Shown here in pieces: positions 58,112 to 64,000 of a DNA stretch of 64,000 nucleotides. A program made the position numbers and the translations under genes. The stretch is from an uncultured Clostridium sp. Its GTDB lineage: Bacteria; Bacillota_I; Bacilli_A; RF39; UBA660. Within the stretch, counting starts at the first letter, position 1, and every line of letters starts with the position of its first letter. The notes beneath the pieces are model-generated. The model was given only the letters and a program-made list of their open reading frames with translations, was not told the origin of the DNA and did no database searches. The stretch is taken from positions 53,434 to 117,433 of the forward strand of contig CAJJPX010000001.1 in NCBI GenBank assembly GCA_905193755.1, written 5' to 3'.

Positions 58112-59968
58112 TTATTCTTTTTCATTTACAAGTTTTCGTAAAGCATCTAATATTACAACCATAGCCCAAGTATCTTGCTTACAATAAATTCTTAAATTCT
58201 TTTTGGCTCTTTCTAAATCATCAGGCGTCATATCATCATATAAAGAATATGTCACTAATGCTTCAGTACCATTCTTAACTTCAAGATTTTTATATGTTAA
58301 ATCACTAAGTACAGGTAAAGTCTTTTTAATTGAGTAACTCCCACTTAAATTTTTATGATAAAAATTCACTAGTTTACATCTCTCTTCATCAAAACCTAAT
58401 TCTTCATATATACTTTGATTATTCTTAATGAAATATAATAAGTCAGTAGACTTCTCTACAATCTTAAGTAGATGTTCCTTATATTCAGGAAAAATATAAG
58501 CTAATTCTTTTAAACGGCTTCTTTCAAAAGTAACATTTTGAGCAAACATAGTACCCTCACTTGGATCTATTCTTTTAACTATTTCTTTTACCATTTCAAG
58601 TCTTTCATCACTAAGAGTTTCAGCTAAAAATACATAATTATCTTTATCCTTATCACAAACTCCAGGTTCACTCTCAATATGTAAACTAAATTCAAAACAT
58701 GATTGAGTATATGGTCTTTCACCTTTAAATCTAGGCATTGGACATGGAAAACTTTCAAAATCTAAGTGATATATAGGATACTCTAAAGTATCAAACATAG
58801 CTCTAATCTTTTCTTTATCTAAGTATGTTTTATCATTATCATAACAATCTCTTTCAATCAACATATTAGGTTTATTTTTGATCCACTCCATAGGTACATC
58901 ATCTAATTTATAATACCCATTATTTATTAAATCATACTTATTATATTTATCAGGCCCAAGACCAATCCTATCAGTAAAGCCTATATAATTAAAGCTAGCA
59001 TTATATTCAGGTAAATTCTTATAACAAATACTCCTATATTTACATTCACACTTTTCTTTATATGAACAATGGACTCCTACATTACAAGGACTAGGATCAG
59101 GATTATAAATATTATTTTCAAGATTTTTGACCATAGACTCTATAATAGACATATATTCTTTAGTAACTTCATTCATATCAAAGAAACTAACTATATCTTC
59201 ACCATTTATTGTTCTATATATTCGCTTTTCTCCAACCATATAACCATCATATACATAATTATGATTAAGTACTGATAAATAATAGTTAACTCTTTTCTTA
59301 ATATTATGACTCTTTAAATCATTCTCTATTATATATCTTTGAACAGCTAAATCAAAAACATAACGTCCAACGTCACTATATCTATCAAATAATTTTTTAT
59401 ATTTTTCATTAAATTTCTTTATTAATTTTTCACTACCACTATTAGGTTTATTAAGTCTATATATTCCATCTTCAAGTATAAACATATCTATTTTTTCTTT
59501 AGAATTTTCACCATACTTTAGTCCTTCAATATAATTTCTACTAGTAGTACTCTTAACTTCAATAATATTTATTTCATCATCATTTTCATTATAAATATCT
59601 ACATAACACAAGTATCTTATACCATTATGAACAAAATCAAAAGATTCTTGATTATATGTATTCTCACTATAAACAAACTTTCCATTAAATATTCTTTTAG
59701 CCTTAAAAGCACTTTCAAGTTCTACTTCCTTATAATATTTCATCATCGCAGATAATTCTTTATCTTCTTTTTTAGTTAAATCATTTTCTCCTTCATCAGT
59801 ACATTCAAACATAGATCCTAAAAGTTCTCTATACTCTTCTTTTTCATTCTCTCTCATATATTCTTCTATAGTCATTTTAGAATCTAACTTATCTTTTCTA
59901 ATATTTTCAAGAGCACTATATCTTCTACATCTAGTATAATCTATAAAATTAGTTTTTGTAATTGCCAT
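58112..59968 (-). CDS. DUF2779-like protein: N-terminal PD-(D/E)xK (RecB/Cas4-like) nuclease motifs plus a Cys cluster
   Basis: DYTRCRR, YVDIYNE...IIEVKSTT (D / E-x-K), Cys cluster CNVGVHCSYKEKCECKYRSIC, and a DUF2779-type core PIYHLDFESFPCPMPRFKGERPYTQSCFEFSLH. Confidence 0.6.
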   Translation of the reverse strand: MAITKTNFIDYTRCRRYSALENIRKDKLDSKMTIEEYMRENEKEEYRELLGSMFECTDEGENDLTKKEDKELSAMMKYYKEVELESAFKAKRIFNGKFVYSENTYNQESFDFVHNGIRYLCYVDIYNENDDEINIIEVKSTTSRNYIEGLKYGENSKEKIDMFILEDGIYRLNKPNSGSEKLIKKFNEKYKKLFDRYSDVGRYVFDLAVQRYIIENDLKSHNIKKRVNYYLSVLNHNYVYDGYMVGEKRIYRTINGEDIVSFFDMNEVTKEYMSIIESMVKNLENNIYNPDPSPCNVGVHCSYKEKCECKYRSICYKNLPEYNASFNYIGFTDRIGLGPDKYNKYDLINNGYYKLDDVPMEWIKNKPNMLIERDCYDNDKTYLDKEKIRAMFDTLEYPIYHLDFESFPCPMPRFKGERPYTQSCFEFSLHIESEPGVCDKDKDNYVFLAETLSDERLEMVKEIVKRIDPSEGTMFAQNVTFERSRLKELAYIFPEYKEHLLKIVEKSTDLLYFIKNNQSIYEELGFDEERCKLVNFYHKNLSGSYSIKKTLPVLSDLTYKNLEVKNGTEALVTYSLYDDMTPDDLERAKKNLRIYCKQDTWAMVVILDALRKLVNEKE

Positions 59969-59992
59969 AGTTTTCCTCCAAATAAAAAGTGA

Positions 59993-60505
59993 TTACTCAC
60001 TTTCTTCTATAAAATTTTTACTTTTATGTGGTTCATCAAATAACAAACCTGGATACCCTTGTTGTCTTAATGCTTCATATGTCATTATAGCTACTGTATT
60101 GGATAAATTAAGTGCTCTAACATTATCAGTCATAGGCATTCTCATACATCTATCTATATATGGTTTTAATATATGAGGTGGTATACCAGTACTTTCTTTT
60201 CCAAAAAAGAAATAATAATTTTTATCTCTATCGCTATAATCAAAACTAGTATGTGGTTTATGTCCATATCTAGTTAAGAAATAATATTCACCTTTATTCT
60301 TTTCAAAGAATTCATCCATATTTTCATATACTGTATATATACACTTATCTATATAATTAACACCAGCTCTTTTAATATATTTTTCTTCAAGACTAAATCC
60401 TAAAGGTTTTATTAAATGTAAATGACTATTAGTAGCCACACATGTTCTCATAATATTACCAGTATTTTCAGGTATCTCTGGTTCAAATAAAACTATATTT
60501 ATCAT
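59993..60505 (-). CDS. trmL: tRNA (cytidine/uridine-2'-O-)-methyltransferase TrmL (SpoU family)
   Basis: MINIVLFEPEIPENTGNIMRTC... The start is at the second ATG after an AGGGGGA RBS, so the ORF-track extension MHRIGGF is rejected. Confidence 0.85.
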   Translation of the reverse strand: MINIVLFEPEIPENTGNIMRTCVATNSHLHLIKPLGFSLEEKYIKRAGVNYIDKCIYTVYENMDEFFEKNKGEYYFLTRYGHKPHTSFDYSDRDKNYYFFFGKESTGIPPHILKPYIDRCMRMPMTDNVRALNLSNTVAIMTYEALRQQGYPGLLFDEPHKSKNFIEESE

Positions 60506-60513
60506 AAATCCCC

Positions 60514-61614
60514 CTATCCTATGCAATCTTTTATTTTAGAATATATAAATTCATACCCTTTTTTATTATAATGAATTGAATCTGTACTTATATATGAACT
60601 ACTCCATTTATCTAATGTTGCTTTAGAATAAACATCACAATACTTAGTATTTTCAAGTCCAGATATACAAGAACTAATTTGTTTATTAAATGTTTCTATA
60701 TTAGCATTTTTAGCATAAAGGCTTCCACTATCACGAACTGGATTAACACTAACTACATAAACTTTATTTTTAGAGTTAACACTATTTATAAATGATTTAT
60801 ACTTTTCACAATATTTGCTTAAATTTCCCATGTCATTAACTCCATAATTTAAAACTATATTATAACTTTTACCATCACTTAAATAACCATTAACTGTACT
60901 TATGTGACTTACAAAATCATTATATCCCCCACCATCTTTAGCAACAACTTTATCACTAGATGGTAGTCCTGAATTATTTTTTAAACCATTAGTTCTAGAA
61001 TCTCCCATAAATATGGTACCAGCTACAGTACCAACATTAGTACTACTATCATTTGTATTGTTCGTATTATTACTATTGTTATCACCACTAGTATTTTCAC
61101 TACCATTAGTACTAGAATTATTATCAGAAGAATTTCCTTTACTTTCTATTTCCTTAATTAAAGAATCTAATCTACTTTGATACCCTTTCTTTTTTTCTGT
61201 ATCTTTAACTGCATTAACAGCATTCACTGCATTTGAATAATCCTCAATTTTCTTAGAAGTTTCAGCCTTAGACAACAATTCTTCAGCTCTCTTTTCATAA
61301 GAATCATCAATGGTAGAACTAGAAGTACTCAAACAATCTCTATATTCATTATTAGGATCAGAAATTGTAACAAGAACATTAACAAGAGTAGGAATCATAA
61401 ACACACATATTGCAGCTATACATTTAGTTATAAAAGACTTCTTTGCTTTTGAAAGTAAATCTTCATCACCAACTTTAATAGATTGCATAAAAGTAATCAT
61501 ACCAGTAAGAATAAGAATAATTGGCACAACTATTTTAATAATTAGTATTACTATATTTATAACTCTCATAAGTTCTAACACTTCAGGTACAGAACAAATA
61601 GATTGAATTAACAC
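60514..61614 (-). CDS. Membrane protein: pilin-like 2-TM N-module + N/S-rich linker + SGNH/GDSL hydrolase domain
   Basis: The N-terminus (VINIVILIIKIVVPIILILTGMITFMQSIKVGDEDLLSKAKKSFITKCIAAICVFMIPTLVNVLV) is paralogous to 9101-10237 and 62307-63356. The C-terminus has SGNH blocks (IFMGDSRT ... NYGVND ... DSIHYN). Confidence 0.6.
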   Translation of the reverse strand: MLIQSICSVPEVLELMRVINIVILIIKIVVPIILILTGMITFMQSIKVGDEDLLSKAKKSFITKCIAAICVFMIPTLVNVLVTISDPNNEYRDCLSTSSSTIDDSYEKRAEELLSKAETSKKIEDYSNAVNAVNAVKDTEKKKGYQSRLDSLIKEIESKGNSSDNNSSTNGSENTSGDNNSNNTNNTNDSSTNVGTVAGTIFMGDSRTNGLKNNSGLPSSDKVVAKDGGGYNDFVSHISTVNGYLSDGKSYNIVLNYGVNDMGNLSKYCEKYKSFINSVNSKNKVYVVSVNPVRDSGSLYAKNANIETFNKQISSCISGLENTKYCDVYSKATLDKWSSSYISTDSIHYNKKGYEFIYSKIKDCIG

Positions 61615-61625
61615 TATATCATCCC

Positions 61626-62297
61626 CTATCTCTTTTTAAAATGCATATATGCATACACACCACAACCAGCAACAACAACTAAAACTGAAATTATAGTTAT
61701 TAAAGTATAATTAAAATTATCTTCATTTATAGTATTTTTTCTTAATTCATTTTTAGACATTTGAAAAACTATATTAACATTATTTCTATTATTATCATCA
61801 ATCTTCCATATATAAGTACCATTTTCTACACTATCAGCATTATTACTTATTACTTTATATTTAGTATTAATTTTAATATTAGTTTTATCATAATAGCAAC
61901 TAAAACTACCATATGCTTTTATATAATAATAATCTTTCTCGTTAAGAACAACATAATTTTCAAAACAATTATTTATTAAGTATGACTTACTAAAATTAAT
62001 ATAATCATAATCATAAGAATATTCTAAATCTAAACCATTATTTATTTTATTAGATATTTTTTTATGAACGGTACTATAATCATTAATAAAAACAAGTATA
62101 TGTTGTTCTTCAAAAACTTCATATAAGTCCTCGGTTAGTTTTTCTTCTTGATTGTCATTATAATTGTTATAATCTCGTTCAGTTACATTAAATTTTATAT
62201 TTTCTTTAATATTTTTTTCATCAATATCTAAATTATAATTAATTTCACAACCAGAACATAAAATAAGTATTAAGACTAATAAAATATATTTTTTCAT
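61626..62297 (-). CDS. Lipoprotein with a C-terminal TM anchor, encoded between the two hydrolase-fusion genes
   Basis: Lipobox LILCSGC, 223 aa, C-terminal hydrophobic helix LITIISVLVVVAGCGVYAY followed by HFKKR. It is tightly spaced (9-11 nt) from both neighbours. Confidence 0.55.
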   Translation of the reverse strand: MKKYILLVLILILCSGCEINYNLDIDEKNIKENIKFNVTERDYNNYNDNQEEKLTEDLYEVFEEQHILVFINDYSTVHKKISNKINNGLDLEYSYDYDYINFSKSYLINNCFENYVVLNEKDYYYIKAYGSFSCYYDKTNIKINTKYKVISNNADSVENGTYIWKIDDNNRNNVNIVFQMSKNELRKNTINEDNFNYTLITIISVLVVVAGCGVYAYMHFKKR

Positions 62298-62306
62298 ACT
62301 CTTCTC

Positions 62307-63356
62307 CTAACAACTAACATTACAAGAACCAAAGTGTCCACCTTCTACTTTATCAGGTTCTATATGCCATGCTTCATATGACAATCTAAATTTTAAATTA
62401 TATTTAGATGCATTACTGTGTGCCCAAGTTGCAGCACTGTTGCAGTTCCATCCTCCTTTACAGGATGTTCCATCAAATGATAAATCAGCAGCAATACCAA
62501 AGTTATGTCTTGAACCACCAGGACAAGCAACCCATTTATTTCTTTCACTACATGCTCTAGTGGAATTTATCCAAAGATTATATTGATGACTGTAAGCTCT
62601 ATATCCAGATGTTATTGTAATTTTATACCCATTAGCTTGAGCATCATTTAAAAAAGCTTGTAATCTTCTACTGAATTCGGGATGTGTACCAGATATACCA
62701 CTCAATCTAGGAGCTTCTGCATCACTCTTAACTCTAGTGTTTGGTAAATAAAATACACCATCTCTATATTCAACTTTATAAACACCAGTAGCTGCTATAT
62801 TATCAGCACCATATCCACCATAACTAGATCCAGCACTCTGTAATGCCTCTGCTTTAGCAGCCTCATCCATTCTAGTTTGTATAACTTTATATACGGCATC
62901 TAATCTTGCAGTGTATTTCTCTCTTTCATCATTACTTAATTTATGAACTTCACTATATGCTTGATAGTACGCAGTATAATTATTATCAGCTTCAGCCTTA
63001 TCAATTAACTCACTTATTCTTTTATCATAAACACTAGCTATAGCTTCATCATTACCTAATCTCAAACATTCTCTATATTCATTATTAGAATCAGAAATAG
63101 TTACAAGAACATTAACAAGAGTCGGTACCATAAATACACATATCGCAGCTATACTCTTATTTAAAAAAGACTTCTTAGCTTTAGAAAGTAAATCTTCATC
63201 ACCAACTTTAATTGCCTTTAAAAAATCTAACATACCAACTACAATCAACATAATTGGTACAACTATTTTAATAATTGTAATAACAATATTAACTATTCTA
63301 AGTAATGATAATACATCTCCATTATCACATATAGAAACAATACTCATAATAATCAC
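62307..63356 (-). CDS. Membrane protein: pilin-like 2-TM N-module fused to a peptidase M15 (VanY / DD- or LD-carboxypeptidase-like) domain
   Basis: Same N-module as above (ICDNGDVLSLLRIVNIVITIIKIVVPIMLIVVGMLDFLKAIKVGDEDLLSKAKKSF...). The C-terminus has ITITSGYRAYSHQYNLW ... GGSRHNFGIAADL ... EAWHIEP, which are M15 zinc-ligand blocks (H / D / H). Confidence 0.65.
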   Translation of the reverse strand: MIIMSIVSICDNGDVLSLLRIVNIVITIIKIVVPIMLIVVGMLDFLKAIKVGDEDLLSKAKKSFLNKSIAAICVFMVPTLVNVLVTISDSNNEYRECLRLGNDEAIASVYDKRISELIDKAEADNNYTAYYQAYSEVHKLSNDEREKYTARLDAVYKVIQTRMDEAAKAEALQSAGSSYGGYGADNIAATGVYKVEYRDGVFYLPNTRVKSDAEAPRLSGISGTHPEFSRRLQAFLNDAQANGYKITITSGYRAYSHQYNLWINSTRACSERNKWVACPGGSRHNFGIAADLSFDGTSCKGGWNCNSAATWAHSNASKYNLKFRLSYEAWHIEPDKVEGGHFGSCNVSC

Positions 63357-63413
63357 TCCACTATTTTTATTTTAACATAAAAGATATAAGTAATCTATAC
63401 CTACATCTAATTT

Positions 63414-63794
63414 TTAATAGTTCCAAAGGCCAAGTTTTCCTTTACACGGAATTGGTTTTTCATACTTAACTATATCTTCAAGTTTCCAAGCATATGTTTC
63501 GGCATGATTACTTCTTCCATATACAATTGGGTCTATAGCTCTAAGCTCTTTATTAAAATTTTCATCAACAAGTATACAATCAGTAAGAGTAGCTTCTCCT
63601 ATAATATATCCAGGTTTTATAGAAATATCATAATCTTTAAATCTCTGCATCATATCTTTTTCAACACTAAGACCAGCATGTATAAGTATTTTACCTCTAT
63701 ATTTAGTTTTCCAACTACGAAATTCATACTTTTTATATTTTTCAATTATTAATGAAGCCCAAGGCTCTTTTATTGTTAACGCTTTCATATACAC
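63414..63794 (-). CDS. ASCH domain protein
   Basis: MKALTIKEPWASLIIEKYKKYEFRSWKTKYRGKILIHA matches the ASCH/YqfB-like pattern. Confidence 0.65.
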   Translation of the reverse strand: MYMKALTIKEPWASLIIEKYKKYEFRSWKTKYRGKILIHAGLSVEKDMMQRFKDYDISIKPGYIIGEATLTDCILVDENFNKELRAIDPIVYGRSNHAETYAWKLEDIVKYEKPIPCKGKLGLWNY

Positions 63795-63795
63795 C

Positions 63796-64000
63796 TCACA
63801 TCTTTATAATAACAACACCTAATATAATAAGTATAGACGCTATAACTTTTTGTAAGAATTTACTCTTATTATTACATACAAAATATTCATACATAGTATT
63901 TAGTATTGATGTTAATGTAAGAAGTGGTGCTATCAAAGTAACATTACCTAATTGATATGCACGAACAGATGCTATTAACATCAAACACCAAGTAAATGCA
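63796..64000 (-). CDS. Partial membrane (possibly EamA/DMT-like) protein; the gene starts beyond the window end
   Basis: Hydrophobic C-terminal helices (LIAPLLTLTSILNT..., ILIILGVVIIKM). The ORF is open to the window edge. Confidence 0.4.
   Translation of the reverse strand, partial: AFTWCLMLIASVRAYQLGNVTLIAPLLTLTSILNTMYEYFVCNNKSKFLQKVIASILIILGVVIIKM

Noticed and set aside
60506-60526. TrmL start at 60526 (MHRIGGF...) overlapping the SGNH-fusion gene
   Set aside because: That ATG lies inside the RBS region. The conserved TrmL N-terminus begins at MINIVLFEPEIP, preceded by AGGGGGA, so there is no gene overlap.
1-64000. CRISPR arrays, IS elements, transposases, integrases, prophage structural genes
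   Set aside because: I saw no regularly spaced direct repeats, no transposase, integrase or recombinase-like ORFs, and no phage capsid, tail or terminase genes. The PcfJ-like/Hda-like block next to tRNA-Leu is the only hint of mobile origin, and it lacks an integrase.

Overview
This is a very AT-rich (about 25-28% GC) chromosomal segment from a spore-forming, low-GC Firmicute (Clostridia-like). The spore-former call rests on the SpoVAC/SpoVAD/SpoVAEb operon, two YjcZ-like peptides, a possible YtfJ/GerW homologue and ScpAB. The backbone is conserved housekeeping, in window order: a T-box-controlled HD-valS operon, rimP-nusA-ylxR-infB-rbfA, a short Rel (ppGpp) enzyme, serS, prsA, recX, a sigma/anti-sigma pair, scpAB, the spoVA operon, murT-gatD, psd-pssA, engB, nrnA, ackA, thiI plus a cysteine desulfurase, RNase J, rpoZ, trmL, and tRNA-Leu(CAA) and tRNA-Glu(CUC). 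Accessory or unusual content is interleaved with it. I found no CRISPR array, IS element, transposase or integrase.

The most striking candidate is a family of three paralogous proteins, one at 9.1-10.2 kb and two at 60.5-63.4 kb. All three share an N-terminal two-helix membrane module resembling TrbC/VirB2-type T4SS pilins. Each is fused to a different cell-wall or peptide hydrolase domain: C39-like cysteine peptidase, SGNH esterase, or M15 zinc peptidase. A lipoprotein is sandwiched between the last two. This looks like a modular, possibly polymorphic, membrane-tethered hydrolase system.

Other accessory content, in window order:
- Two TasA/camelysin-like secreted proteins, one of them fused to BspA-type leucine-rich repeats.
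- A ClpX paralogue with a novel N-domain that retains the IGF loop.
- A Clp D1-type orphan AAA+ ATPase immediately upstream of a Y-family polymerase.
- A PcfJ-like protein and a catalytically dead DnaA/Hda-like protein next to tRNA-Leu.
- Two adjacent HD hydrolases.
- A serpin-like protein.
- A DUF2779-type PD-(D/E)xK nuclease.
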